Made by a program: the position numbers and the translations under genes. This document shows, one piece after another, positions 26,330-39,674 of a stretch of DNA of 64,000 nt; the stretch's first letter is position 1; each line of letters opens with the position of its first letter. Origin of the DNA: Mobula hypostoma (taxonomy: Eukaryota); NCBI RefSeq assembly GCF_963921235.1, contig NC_086097.1, positions 207,578,001 to 207,642,000 of the forward strand, in the 5' to 3' direction. The notes beneath the pieces were generated by a model. That model searched no databases and was not told the origin of the DNA. It saw only the letters and a program-made list of their open reading frames with translations.

Positions 26330-28605
26330 ACCCCTAAAGGTTAACTTGCAGGCTGAGTTTGTGGCAAGGAAGGCAAAGACAATGTCAGCAATCGGTCCCA
26401 AAGAACTGGAATATAAAACCGAGGATGTAATGCTGAGGTTTTATAAGCCACTGGTCAGACTGCAGAGTATTTTCAGCAGTTTTGAGCCCCTTGTCTAAGA
26501 AAAGATGGAGTCAATGAATACTACAGCATTGAAAAAGGCACTTCGGCCTATCCATTCCATGCTGAACCACTACTCTGCCTAGACTCATTGACCTACACCC
26601 GGACCATCGCCCTTCATACCCCTCCCATTAATGTACCTATCCAAATTTCTCTTAAATGCTGAAATAGAACCCACATCTACCAGTTGTGCTCACAGCTTCT
26701 TCCACATGCTCACGACTCTCTGAGTGAAGAAGTTTCCCCCTCATGTTCCCCTTAAACACTTCACCTTTCACCCTTAACCCATGACCTCTAGTTGTAGTCT
26801 CACCCAGCCTCAGAGGAAAAAGCCTATTTGTACTTTACCCTATCTATACCTCTCATTAGCTTGGATACCTCTATCAAATCTTTCCTGAATCTTCTACATT
26901 CAAGAGAATAAAGTCCTAACCTATTCAACCTTTCTCTATAAACTCAGGTCCTCAAGTCCTGGCAAAATTCTTGTAAATTTTCACTGCATTCTTTCAATCT
27001 TATTTACATCTTTCCTGTAGATAGGTAACCAAAACGACACACAGTATTCCAAATTAGGCCTTACCAATGTCTTATACAATTTCAACATGACATCCCCAGT
27101 CCTATATACAATACATCGATTTATGAAGGCTAATGTGCCAAAAGCCTTCTAACCACTCCATCTACCTGTGAAGCCACTTTCAAAGAATTATGGATTTGTA
27201 TTCCAAAATCCACCTGTTTTACCACACTCCTCAGTGCCGTACCGTATCTTGTGTATGTTGCTCGGATTTCCATCATCTGCAGATTTTCTCGTTTGGGATA
27301 AGACCTTTCCTGGTTGTCCTTCCAAAGTGCGACACCTCACAATTGACTGCATTAAGCTCCATCTGCCATTTTTCAACTCATTTGTTCAGCTAGTCCAAAT
27401 TTCACTGCAAGCTTTGTTGGTCTTCCTCACTCTCCACCTTCCCCCCAATCTTGGTGTCACTGGCAAATTTGCTGATCCAGTTTACCACATTATCAACCCG
27501 ATTATTGACATAGACGACAAACGACAAAGGATGCAGCACTAATCCCTACGGCACACCATTAATCACAGGCCTCCAGTCAGAGAGGCAACCACCTACTACC
27601 ACTCTCTGGCTTCTCCCGCAAAACCAATATCTAATTCAGTTTGCTACCTCAACTTGAATGCCAGGTGACCAGCCACCTTGTCAAATGCCTTGCTAAAGTC
27701 CATGTAGAGAACATCTACTGCCTTGCCTTAATCAACTTTCCTGATAACTTCCTCAAAAAAACTCTATAAGGTTGGTTACATATGACCTGCCATGCACAAA
27801 GCCATGTTAACTATCCCTAATCAGTCTATGTCTATCCAAATGCTCTATATCTGGTCCCTACACTATCTTCCAATAACTTTCCCACTACTGATGTCAGGCA
27901 ACGTAAGAACATTAGCTAACCTCTAATCCTCCTGCACCTCACCTGTGGCTAAGGATCTCTACAAGGGCCTCTGCAATTTCTACACTAGCTTCCCACAGGG
28001 TCCAAGAGTCCAAATTGTCAGACCTTGAGGATTTATTCACCATAATTTGCCTCAAGACAGGAAATACCTCCTTATCTGTAATCTGTAAAGAGTCCAAGAC
28101 CTCGCATTGGAGAGGATCAAGAGGAGGTTCATGAGAATGATTCCAGGAATGAAGGGTATGAGGAGCGGTTGATGGCTCTGGGCCTGTAGTCACTGTAGTT
28201 TAGAAGAATGACAGGAAATCTCACTGAAACCTATCAAATATTGAAATGTCTAGTTAGAGTGCATGTGGAGAGGAAGTTCCTTATAGTGGGGGAATCTATA
28301 CAATAGGGTATAGCCTCAGAATAGAGAGAAGTCCCTTTAGAACAGAGATGAGGAAGAATTTCTTCAGCTTGAGGTTGGTAAAACTGTAATTTCATTGACA
28401 CTGATGGCTGTTGAGTCCAAGTCATCGTGTATATTTAATGTGGAGGGTGAAAGGTTCTTGATTAGTAAGGATGTCAAAGATTACGATGAGAAGGCAGGTG
28501 AATGGGGTTGAAGGGGATAATAAATTAGCCATGATAGAATGGCAGAACAGACTTGATAGGCCAAAAAGCCTAATTCTGCTCCAATGTCCTATGGTCTATG
28601 GTGTT
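26330..28605. mobile_element. Nested CR1s: a + strand CR1 3' part interrupted by a - strand CR1 (~26510-28100)
   Basis: The + copy reads ..PCLRKD, resumes at ALERIKRRFMRMIPG (~28103) and runs to a 3' tail near 28600. The intervening sequence has minus-strand CR1 RT motifs and a 3' terminus. Confidence 0.8.
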
Positions 28606-29228
28606 ATAATTTAACTCAAGTCTTTGTCAGATTACTTTGCTTTTGAAAAGCAAATACTGGTAGGGAAAAATAACATAAAAATCAGAAACGTAAATTACAG
28701 ATATTCATTAAATCTAAAAGTTCTGATATAATCCTGTTTTATTCCAGTTTTGATAAATTTCCTTGACTCTTTCTTTTCTAGAAACACCAGAATCCTACAG
28801 ATTTTGCTGCCTGCAAAAATTGTGTTCAATATAAAATTCTTCAGTGGGCTCACAAGTTTAGTAAACTTAAGTACAGCTCTTCATCCCTCTCTCGGTGAAA
28901 CTCACCAACTTCTATTCACTGCTCTCAGCAATTCTTTCTTTACCTCACCTACCACCAATCACAATATACACCCACTCATCTCTTTGCTTGCTTTACACTA
29001 TAGTAATACTTTTTCTCATATGCTGGCAATTAAACATATTCCTTCCTCACAGTATATTCCAGCTACTTTAGCTTCCCATTCATCATCTCTGCATCTTGTT
29101 TCTTCCATATCGTCAGCAGATAACCCATTTGCAAAGCCCCAATAAATAATATAATATTAACTTTGAAGATTAATCCCCTCTGTAATAAAAGTATTATAAT
29201 GTTTGTTCTATTGTCTTTTCTGATTCAG

Positions 29229-30229
29229 CAGCAAGAGGTATTCACAAACAAAGGAGACAGTAAACAGATGTGTAACCGGGTGACTGTCGGATCTTATTCA
29301 GTATTAGGCATCCATCCAGGTAATGCTAGAATAGATGTCTGTGCCTTTAAGGGGAGACAGTGATGTCATTACTCACGCGCGGGATAGTGGGGAGACCATT
29401 TTGTTTCTGCTGAAGACGCTGGTAGGGCGTTGGAATCGGGTTCCTCCCCGAGTGTGCTGGGCATGGTGAGGAAAGGTGAACACTAATTGAGGATATCCAT
29501 GTGAATTCATTTATGCTTGTTGGCAAATTGAGAATATCGGTAATTTGACATGTTTTACATGTGGATGCTTTAGATTTCCATGAGTGAAGGAATCGATGCT
29601 GGGTAGTGTGGCTTATACAAAGTTCCTCACCATCCAAGTAGGTCAGTCTTCCTGTAATTTAACTACCAGGCAATACCTTGTAAAAATTGTGCCAAAGTGT
29701 ACCTTTTGTCTAACCTTATTGTATCGGGACTGATTGTGCATGTAACCGCGAAATGTGAATGTTTAGTCTCTGTTCAGAAGTTCAGCACGTGTGTACGTTT
29801 TAGATGAGATGTATTCGCTTACATCTTTCGCTGTTATGTATAAGATGCAGGGTGGGTGGGATTCTAATGTTGTTTGTATTGTGTTCCTTCAGAATTGCCA
29901 CTACTGTATATGTACTGTATTAGTACTGTATTAGTTCTGGTATTTTTTATACTGCATACACAATTCTGTCCATACACGAGGGTGTGGATCGAAAGTTAAA
30001 CTGAGATTGTAACGGCAAGAACTGGTTGTAAATTCGTTCGTTTTGTTTCGCGACCCTCTTCTGGCACTTAAACATCTGAAACAGATAAAGGAATTAAAAC
30101 TCGAAAAAGTATTTGTTGTCCTGAGTGTGTACTTTTCCCCAGGCTACACATGTTAAAGGCCACAAGAAATCAGTTTATTGGGGTTATATAAGGCATGCAA
30201 TACAGAAGGAAATACAAATGATAAATGAG
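29229..30229 (+). pseudogene. Candidate exon E split by a solo LTR (29229-29270 + 30153-30229)
   Basis: Long pyrimidine tract ending gattcag. The rejoined frame reads QQEVFTNKGDSKQM|LKATRNQFIGVI*GMQYRRKYK**M. Weak donor AG|gttgta gives phase 2. Confidence 0.45.
29271..30148 (+). mobile_element. Solo LTR (Gypsy-like), 878 bp
   Basis: Imperfect terminal inverted repeat tgtaaccggg...cccaggctaca, 4-bp TSD gatg/catg (one mismatch), ATTAAA near the 3' end. Confidence 0.75.
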
Positions 30230-30329
30230 GTTGTAGTACAGAAAACAAAACAATACTTATCATCCACTTAATGAGCTGATCTGTACCTTGCCGGAAGGAA
30301 CGATGAATATATGGCAGCCTTTTGCGCAG

Positions 30330-30470
30330 CCCACTCTCCCTCTCTCTCTGTTTCTGTCTCCATCCATCTCCCTCTCACCCTCCCTCTCTCTCTCCACCCC
30401 TCTCTCCCCCTTTTCTCTCCTGTGCCCTCTCTCTCTCTCTTTATATCCTTGTCTCTATCTCCTACTCTCA
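30330..30470. repeat. Degenerate (CT)n polypyrimidine microsatellite
   Basis: Visible run of ctct/cccc units. Confidence 0.9.
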
Positions 30471-30571
30471 GTACTAATTGTGACACAGCCTGAGAAGATT
30501 GCCAGTTGCACAAATGAATTGCCCGCGTTTATATCTTTCAAGTTCAGGAACGTGCGTTCATCGTATCTCTG

Positions 30572-33500
30572 GACTATCACCACATTCCAGGCTGACACAA
30601 TTTTGTCTTTCAAACTTCCATTTTATTTTAACATATACTAAGGAGTAATCAAATTAAACTCTTTCCTGGATTCCCCATTGGTATATTATATAAGATTACA
30701 GTAAATATGAGTCAGCTGGATTTATTACAATATAATTGTTTAAGCAGTTGGATAACAATGCAAGCTCTAAATAGACAATAAATTTTATGACATAGGGAGG
30801 GCTGGCATTGCAATTGCCTGACCTCTCACATAAGGCAGCAACCTAAAATAAACTGCACTACAAGCACAATTAATAATTATGATTTGTTTATGGGCACTAT
30901 TTATTCCCCAATCCCATACGTTATTTCAAATGATGTGAGTCTGATAGCAATTAACCATGATTAAAGCATGGAAGGGGCATCTTCTTCTTCCATTGTAAGT
31001 CTGTGCATTTTCCCTGCACTCTCTACCTGAAGGAAGGTCCAGGTCATTGATAAGATTAATTCCAGCACTATCATTTCATCTGTTATTATCAGAGATTTTG
31101 AATCATTCTTGTCTGGTCAATATCTCTCTATTTATACATGCTGGATGGTGTTGCCTTTGTACCAATACCCATTGTTACTGTTTCCATTTGCTACAATTCT
31201 CCTTGCAAACCAGAGAATTTGGAATGTGCAACCATACCTTCCCTCCCACTGTGGCAGCCCTTTCTTCGGTGCCTGTTTCCTCCTCGTGTTCTGGGGTACA
31301 CTTGATCATTGGGTAAAGGTCTGTTGTTCAGCTTGCAGAAGGCTTGGGATAGTATAGTCAGCCACCTCTGTAAAGGGTGTGTTGATATTAATAAATAACT
31401 CTGTTGTTTCACAAGTCCATTCCTCCTCTCACTCAGCCTTGATTCTTGGGGGTAATAGAGTATGTGAAGTCTTTGCAAGCAGAAGAGTCTTTCACAGGTT
31501 GTCCTGAGCTGTGATGTTACAGCTAAAAGCTGGTAATGTTACAGCTATATACGACCCTGGTCAGACCTCACTCGGAGTACTGTGCTCAGACCTGGTCACC
31601 TCAGTACAAGAAGGATGTGGAAACGATAGAAAGGATGCGGTGGAGATTTACGAGGATGTTGCCTGGATTGGGGAGCATGCCTTATGAGAATAGGTTGAGT
31701 GAACTTGGCCTTTTCTCCTTGGAACGGCAGAGGACGAGAGGTGACCTGATAGAGGTGTATAAGGTGATGAGAGGTATTGATCGTATGGATAGTCAGAGGC
31801 TTTTTCTCAGGGCTGAAATGGCTAACACAAGAGGGCACAGTTTTAAGGTGCTTGGAAACAGGTACAGAGGAGATGTCAGGGGTAAGTTTTTTACGCAGAG
31901 AGTGGTGAGCACATGGAATGGGCTGCCAGCAACAGTGGTGGAGTTGGATGCGATAGGGTCTTTCAACAGACTCCTGGATAGGTACATGGAGCTTAGAAAA
32001 ATAGAGGGCTATGGGTAACCCTAGGTAATTTCTAAAGCAAGTACATGTTTGGCACAGCATTGTGGACCGAAGGACCTGTATTGTGCTGTTGGGTTTCTAT
32101 ATTTTTCTAAATGGGAACCATTATCTGATTGTATCTCTTGGGGGTTCCATAGCGGTTAATTAACTTCTGCAATCCCTTCACTGCATGATCCTGATTATCT
32201 TTTGTACAAGAAATTGCATTTAAAAGACCTGAACAGGTGTCAACCATAGTGAGTAAATTCTGAAATCATTGTTGCTGGGGCAGGCATCCAATGTAATCGA
32301 TTTGCCATACTTGGGCTGGGCTAGTTTGCCTTGGCAATCGGCTTCTCAGGGTGATCTCTTCTTTTAGCCTGTTGACAAATATCTCATACACTAACAACTT
32401 TCTTTGTCATGTCCACTGGTAGTCTTATACCCCATTGTTTAGCCCATTCAGTTGTACCGCACAATCCCAGATGAACATTCAATTTATGTGCCCATTGCCC
32501 CATTGTACGGGATTCATGGGTGCGGGATTCATAATCTGCTATACCTGGATTAACTGGTCCACTTTATTATTAAAATTGGTAAATAGTGAGGTGTCCTTCT
32601 GGTGGGCGTCTGCATGGAAAACAGTGATCTGCATTCTTTGGCCCTTCTCCCAGATCTGTTCCCAGAGAGCATACTCCCACAAGGGCTTTTCCTGTATCTG
32701 CCCGTTCCTCTTCAGCCTTTGCATTTGTCATTGCCCCAGCAGTGATGTGTGCAGGTGATCTGTTTTCTGCTTCTGTGGCAAGTTAATTTCCACCAGTTCA
32801 GCTTTTGGGCTGGAACCACCCTCTCCCTACTATTGCAGAATTATTTCCATGACTGAGTTCAGTGTCACACCCCTGGAGAGCAACTGAAACCGTCCACAAG
32901 CCAGGCATGACATTTGTCTCCTTCAAGCAGCAGTTCATATGGCAAGCCCTGTGAAAAGGAGGGGGAGGCACAGGAATGGGGGGGCGGGGTTCGACGTGCT
33001 TTGTGCATCTGTCTATGGACGTGTGGGCTGCATGTTTGTGTAACTTGCCAACTCCCTCTGAGCCCATACTTCTCACTCTGCAATGTACCACTTCCACTTC
33101 ACAATCGAGCTTGCTGTGTCCTCCCCACCCTATTAGTGGAGGTCAGTAGGGATGTCGAATCTCATGTTGACCTCATTTCCCTCTGTGGAGGCTTCCGTTT
33201 TCACTAACAAGCCCAATAGCAGGGCAGTAATTGTTTTCAAAGGGCCGTATATCATTCGGCTGTGTCAGGAAAGGCTCATGAGGAAATATACCTGATTGGA
33301 GTGTTCACTATTTTGGTTTTGCCCTAAACTTCATACTGCAGTATTGACCACCCTTTAAATTTCTCCTCATCTCTGTTCAAAAGGGATAGCCCTCTGTTCT
33401 GAGACTGTGCCCTCTGGTTAGCTGAAGCTCAAATGGTCCTGAACCACTGCTCTCTGGGCAACATTGAATGTCTGTTCTTGCTCTGGACCCCATTCAAAAG

Positions 33501-34706
33501 TTAAGAACACAGGAGATTCTGCAGATGCTGGAAATTCTTCCGGAGCATCATGCACAAAATGCTGTAGATACAATTGCTCCTCATTTGGCTCATCCTCCCC
33601 CCCGCCCCGGCTTACATGGTAAGTGCCCTATGCGAGGATCGAAACACGTCCCTCATCTACAGTGTGGTAAGACGCGCCCTGCTCTGCCCAGTCTGTCGTG
33701 GACAGTCAGACCCTTATTTTTGCATGTTGGACTCACAAGAACAGGTCCTTAGGGTCATCGTTGTCATTTCACATCTGATTACCAATAGCATTTTAGACAG
33801 AGAGGCAACATGTCATTAGGATCCTCCATGCAGGCACCTTTATCCCCTAACCTTGTTAACCATGAAGCTGGATATTCTCTGCTCCTTTGCACATACTTGT
33901 CCCGCGTGACCCCCTTTTCCACAGTCTTTCATGCCCTGGTCATTCTTCGCTCCTGCACAATTTGATCACATCCCCAGTGTTGTTATGGATTGTTACCAGG
34001 TGGAGCTGTACTGCCAGGTTTTTGTGTGTAAGGTCCTGAGTGTCCTGATCATACCTCGGTGGAGATCCTCAGGATCACCACGATGCTGAGGGTCAGGATC
34101 AAACAATATATTATCATCCCAGCTGTTGGCCATTAATGCCCTCACTCTGGATCCTGATCCGCAGCTTTGCCCAATGTTTCTGTCGTGCTTTAAACAGTTT
34201 ACATGATAGGGTGCTTTCAGCTTCGTCAGCTCATTCATGGGCTGACTTAGCCGATTCAGTTAAGGAGACATTTTACTGTCTGGTGTTCTCATTTTCTTGG
34301 TAAGGATGGGCGCTTGTTCTTCTGTTGCATGTCATACGTCTTCATCAAAGCACACAGCAAAATCTAACAGGCTATACTCTTCCTCTTCTCCTGTTTGGGA
34401 AATCTTACCTTATTTAGCAGAGTAGCTGCTATGGCTGGGACATCATCACTACTGCTTTCCATCTTGCCTCTCCAAAACGTGGGAGGGTAACAGGTGGACA
34501 ATGCACCTGTGAACTTCAGCCTAGACACATACATTTGAAATAGAGACAACAGGTCTCTAACGGGGAAAACATTCTTCACCAGTATCTAATCTCAAGGATG
34601 CTCATCCATTGACACCAACAGACTACCACCATATTCCAGGCTGACACCATTTTGTCATTCAAACTTCCATTTTATTTAGCATATTTCAAAGGAGAATCAA
34701 ATTAAT
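30572..34706 (-). mobile_element. Second class III (ERV-L-like) retroviral remnant with internal deletions
   Basis: RNase H LWEYALWEQIW..ITVFHADAHQ..FNNKVDQL (ORF 32539..32724); integrase VWQIDYIG (~32300), EIQSDNGSH (~32130) and HILYYPQESRLSERRNGLVKQQ (ORF 31191..31478). ~85-bp direct repeats at 30572-30657 and 34621-34706. Confidence 0.75.
31530..32110 (+). mobile_element. CR1 3' fragment inserted in the ERV integrase
   Basis: ORF 31536..32018 reads LYTTLVRPHSEYC..LFSLERQRTRGDLIEVYK..TRGH..FFTQRVV, followed by a CR1 3'UTR. Confidence 0.9.
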
Positions 34707-34998
34707 TGTTTATTTTTACTGCCTCTTAAAAATTTGCAGCTTCTCTTACTGCCAGAAAAATTCATGCATGAAACAAGGAACAGGAGCAGGAAAGACCAGA
34801 TGAAAAAATGCTCCAAATGGTGGACCTCATCCAAATGCCCAGGAAGGCTTTGGCATTGGAAATTATTTCCTAGAGTGTTTGCAAATTGGTGGTAAACTTT
34901 TATTTATCTCATCGAGCCCATGCAGCTACAATCACTGTTGTAACTAATGTTTATTCAATCCATTCTAAGCATTCTTAATCTCTGTCCTTAATTACTTA

Positions 34999-35707
34999 TG
35001 TAGCCCCCCTGGTCACCCTCAGGGTCGCTCGGCTCGCTGTCGTCTAGGGAAACAGCCTCGGCCCCGCCAAACTGGGTAATTCGTTTGTGTGGATGCTGTG
35101 TGAGGTGCCCCACTCCGCCCAAATAACAGACAATACACCGGATGCAATTAAATGATATACAGTTTATAGATATTACTAATTCTATGACATTAATATGCAT
35201 CTGATACAGAGAGGAAAGTAATGGGGAAAAAAAAGGCGCCAACACTTATCAAAGTTCAATCTCGTCGTGCACAAAAACCGTTGGAGCTCAAGGACCTTCT
35301 TCTTCACCCTGCGACCCCCTCGGACCACCTCGACCGGCCGCCTGGGACCAACAACGGTGGTCGACCAGACGCTCCACACGAGTCCGTCTCCGTCTCCTCG
35401 CCGAACGTCCCGCTCAGGGTCCGACCCCGTTAGCGGACTCACAGCACCTGGTCCATCCTCTGTCTCGCTGTCCCGCCTTCTGCCCCCAAAACCCCCTCGC
35501 AAACAGTATCTTCAAATACACCAAAACCATAACAACTATCCCAATTGGTTAATAGCACCCTCTTATCACCCTCTAAACCACAATAAGCTGCTAGCGCAAA
35601 CTTTCTCAGCGTTAAAGCACAACAAAGCCGCATTCCCCAGATTAACATAACAAAAACGCCATTTTAATTAGCCTCCGCAGTAACATAAAAGTCGAAACCC
35701 CCTTACA
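34999..35707 (-). mobile_element. Solo LTR (Gypsy-like), 709 bp, CpG-rich
   Basis: TGTA...TACA termini; perfect 4-bp TSD ctta at 34995-34998 and 35708-35711. Strand is inferred. Confidence 0.85.
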
Positions 35708-35725
35708 CTTAGATTATACCACAGT

Positions 35726-37620
35726 TCAGAATCAGAATCAGGTTTAATATCACTAGCATGTGTTGTGAAACTTAATAACTTAGCAGCAGCAGTTTAATGC
35801 AATACTTAGTAATATAGAAAGAAAAAAATAAATAAATCAATTACAGTAGTGCAAAAGAGAAACAATATTTTAAAAAGTGAGGTAATGTTGGTGGGTTCAA
35901 TGTCTATTTAAGAAATCAGATGACAGAGGGGAAGAAGCTGTTTCTGAATTGCTGAGTGTGTGCCTTCTGCCTCTGTATCCCTTTCCTGACAGTAACAGTG
36001 AGAAGAGGTCATGTCCTGGATGATCAGCATTCTTCATCATAGATGCTGCTTTTCTGAGGCAAAGCTCCTTGAAAATGTCTTAGATACTATTGAGGATAGT
36101 ACCCAAGGTGGAGATGACTAATTTTACAACTTCCTGTAGCGTCTTTTGTTCCTGTGTAGTGGCTCCCTGTGCCCCCCCCGCCCCATACCAGAGAGTGAGG
36201 CAGTTTGTCAGAATATTCTCCACAATTCCTCTATAGAAGTTTTTGAGTGTTTTAGGTGACAAACCAAATCTCTTCAAACTCCGAATGAAATATAGCTGCT
36301 GTCTTGCCTTCTTTTTAGCGGCATCAACATGTTGGGACCATGTTAGATCCGCAGAGATCTTGACACCCAGGGCCTTGAAATTGCTCACTCTTTCCACTTC
36401 TGATCCCTCTATGAGGATTGGTGTATGTTCCCTTGTCTTACCCTTTTTGAAGTCCACAATCAGCTCTTTGGTCTTACTGACATTGAGTACAAGGTTGTTG
36501 CTGCGACACCACTCAACTAGCTGAAATATCACACTCCTGTACGCCCTCTCATCTCCATCTGAGATTCTACCAACAAAAGTTATATCATCAACAATTTGTA
36601 GATGGTATTTGAGCTATGTCTAGCCACACAATCATATGTATATAGAGAGTAGAGCAGTGAGCTAAGCACAGACCTCTGAGGTGCACCAATGTTGATTGTC
36701 AGCGAGGAGGAGATATTATCACCAATCCGCACAGATTGTGGTCTTCTGGTTAGGAGGTCGAGGATCCAATTGCATAGGGAGGTACAGAGGCCCATATTCA
36801 GTAGCTTATTGAACAGGACTGTGGGAATGATGGTGTTAAATGCTGAGCTATAGTCAATGAACAGCATTCTGATATAGGTGTTTGTATTGTTCAGATGATC
36901 TAAGCCCGTGTGAAGAGCCATTGAGACTGCATCTACCATAGACCTATTGTGGCAAATTGCAGAGTCTCCAGGTCCTTGGTGAGGCAGGAGTTCACTCGAC
37001 AAATCTCTCAAAATATTTCATCACTGTAGATGTGAGTCCTAATGGGTGATAGTCATTAAGGCCCTCACATTATTCTTCTTAGGCACTGGTATAATTGTTG
37101 CCTTTTTGAAGCAGGTGGAGACTCCCGACCGTAACAGAGAGAGGTTGAACATGTTCAGGACTACTCCCGCCAGTTGGTTGGCACAAGTTTTCAGAGCCTT
37201 ACCAGGAACTCCATTGGGGTCAGCTGCCTTGCAAGGTTTCACCATCCTGAAAGACAGTCTGACATTGGCCTCTGAGACAGAGATCACAGGGTCACTGGGA
37301 GCAGCAGGGCTCTTCACAGCTGTAAGTTACATTCTCCCTTTCAACGTGGTTATAGAAGGCATTGAGCTCATCTGGTAGAGAAGCATCACTGCCGTTCATG
37401 CTATTGGGTTTTGCTTTGTAGGATGTAATGTCCTGCAAACTCTGCCAAAGTTGACATGTATCCAATGTCGCCTCTAACCTCCTCTGAATTGTTTCTTCGT
37501 TCTTGAAATAGCCCTCCAGAAGTCATACCTGGTTTTCTTGTACAGGCCTGGGTCACCAGACTTAAATGCCACAGATCTAGCCCTTAGCAGACAAACCTTC
37601 TGGTTCATCCACAGCTTTTG
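35726..37620 (-). mobile_element. Rex1/Babar LINE RT region, 5'-truncated
   Basis: KAADPNGVPG, MLFIDYSSAFNTI, GAPQRSVLS and LNVSKTKELIVDF motifs; the tail appears as cagaatcagaatc on the + strand near 35727. Confidence 0.9.
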
Positions 37621-37704
37621 GTTTAAATTCATTAACATTTCAATGTTCTTAACTTCATGCAAACTTCCAATACCTTCAGGTGACAATGTGCTTTCCACTT
37701 TCCA

Positions 37705-37988
37705 TTTCACCTTTATAAAGACATCTTCACTCTCCATGGCACAGGCCTGGGCAAGGTTGTATGGAAGACCAGCAGTTGCCCATGCTGCAAGTCTCCCCTC
37801 TCCACGACACCAGTGTTGTCCAAGGGAAGGGCATTAGGACCCATACAGCTTGGCATTGGTGTCGTCGCAGAGCAATGTGTGATTAAGTGCCTTGCTCAAG
37901 GACACAACACGTTCCCTCAGCTGGGGCTCGAACTCACGACCTTCAGGTAGCTATTCCAATGCCTTAACCACTTGGCCACATGCCCACG
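37705..37988 (-). mobile_element. tRNA-derived SINE
   Basis: Minus-strand A-box TGGCCAAGTGG and B-box GAGTTCGAGCC within 37925-37980, then a non-tRNA body. Confidence 0.8.
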
Positions 37989-38959
37989 ATTAAGCAGCAT
38001 CTATTTGAACAAGTCAATGGTCACCTATTTCTCCTTCTGGATTAATTTTTTTCCAAATGTCTCAATAAAGCATTTTAGACATGATAAGGATGGTTGTATT
38101 TTATGTTAAAGATAATTAGACTTTAACTCCTTTTAAACTCTATTAAGTAGCAGCTGTACTCTGCTATTAGAATTCATTTCTAATAGCTGCAATCAAATTG
38201 TAAATAACAAACTCTCACAAATGACAATGTGATAATAAATGGATAACTATTCTTTTTGTGATGTTGATTGTGGGATGGGTTTTGACAAGAGCTCAAAGGA
38301 TAAGACTCTATCCTCTTTTGAAGTAGCATCAAGAGATCATTTACTCGGGAAGAAGTGACCATGGTTTAACATCCCATCCAAAAAAAAATGTCACCTCTAA
38401 CAGCACTCAATAATACATTGACCTATCAGCCTAGATTTTGTTCTCAAATCTACACAATGATATAACCACTGCTCATTTTGCTTCAGTGATGTTAAATAGA
38501 GAAATGAACAGGAGGAGGCATCTTTTAAATACACTGGGGAGATTTAATAACAGATGGAATATATTAATATAGAAGGCAATGAATTGGTAGGAATGAATAA
38601 TAGCAAGGACCGTATTAAATATAATGTGGGGCATATTGATCATGACCTGCTATATTGTGTGCCAAACCACGAGCTTGTTCTCTGTGGGATGCATCTTCTG
38701 TATTAAAAAAGCCTTGTCAATCAAAGATGAATGCATTCATGTTCTTGGATAACAATACCTTCATGGTCACATGAAAATTGTTCTATTGTGTAAAAAGACA
38801 AGGATGTGCGAATTTTGCATTCAACCATATTGGGTAGGTGATATTGCAATACAGCAATAATGGAGTAACTGACTGATAATCGAAATCATTCTCCATTATT
38901 TAGTGTTGAATAAACTTAGATATTACAGGGGAAATGAATATGATGCTTTCATCCTGCAG

Positions 38960-39043
38960 CAATCCAAATATTCTGAAGCCTTTAGATCTCCGAGGACACT
39001 GCTGCTCACATTGGGGTCCGAGGATGCCGGAGCTGAAAATTCT
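38960..39043 (+). pseudogene. Candidate exon F (NPNILKPLDLRGHCCSHWGPRMPELKI; the phase-0 frame is also open)
   Basis: Acceptor tttcatcctgcag, donor gtaaga, 84 nt, no stops. Confidence 0.55.
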
Positions 39044-39674
39044 GTAAGATAATTAAAACCTCACACATGCTTTTTTTTTGCCATACACAGCCACAAGTGA
39101 GAAGTGAGATGGAATGCTTTTCACTTGCCTGCTTTATTAAAATAAACTGCTGATCCACAAGGAGATAGTAGGACAAATCATCAGAAGTTTAATCAATTGG
39201 CTAGATTTTAAGGAGTGACCTAAATGGGGAAAGAGACGTAGAAGGATAAAAAAACTTAAATATGAATTTGATATATCTTGCCAATTGATGGCACAAATAT
39301 TCATAGTGAACTATTAAATTTGGGGAAGAGAAGAGTCGGAATTAGAAAAGTTCAGATTCCTAGAAGGCATTAGACCTCAAAAAGATTATGAATATAGGGA
39401 GGGGCAGGCTTTATGGTTTTTAAAAACTGGGACAAAAATTTAAATTTCAGTCATTGCTTAATCAACAGAAATATAGATCCTGTAGCATTGGTGATGACTG
39501 AACAATAAAATTTAGTGTAAGTTGAGATACAGGTAACAGAGCCTTCAATAGCATGGCTTGGGTACAATTTCATTATAAATCTACTGGTTTAAAAAACGTC
39601 TTGCACAAGGGAACCAAGACAAATGACTTATTTGTGTGATGTTATGGAGATGAAAATCTTGTGTGTTGCTACAG

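Noticed and set aside
30268..30641. Overlapping ORFs rich in S/L or R/E/G
   Set aside because: Artefacts of the (CT)n microsatellite.
33500..33570. Short gatgctggaaat/ctgctgag motifs (also ~40830-40930, 45660-45830, 49565-49620) as a conserved regulatory element
   Set aside because: They resemble termini of Penelope-like repeats common in such genomes and are too short and decayed to delimit.
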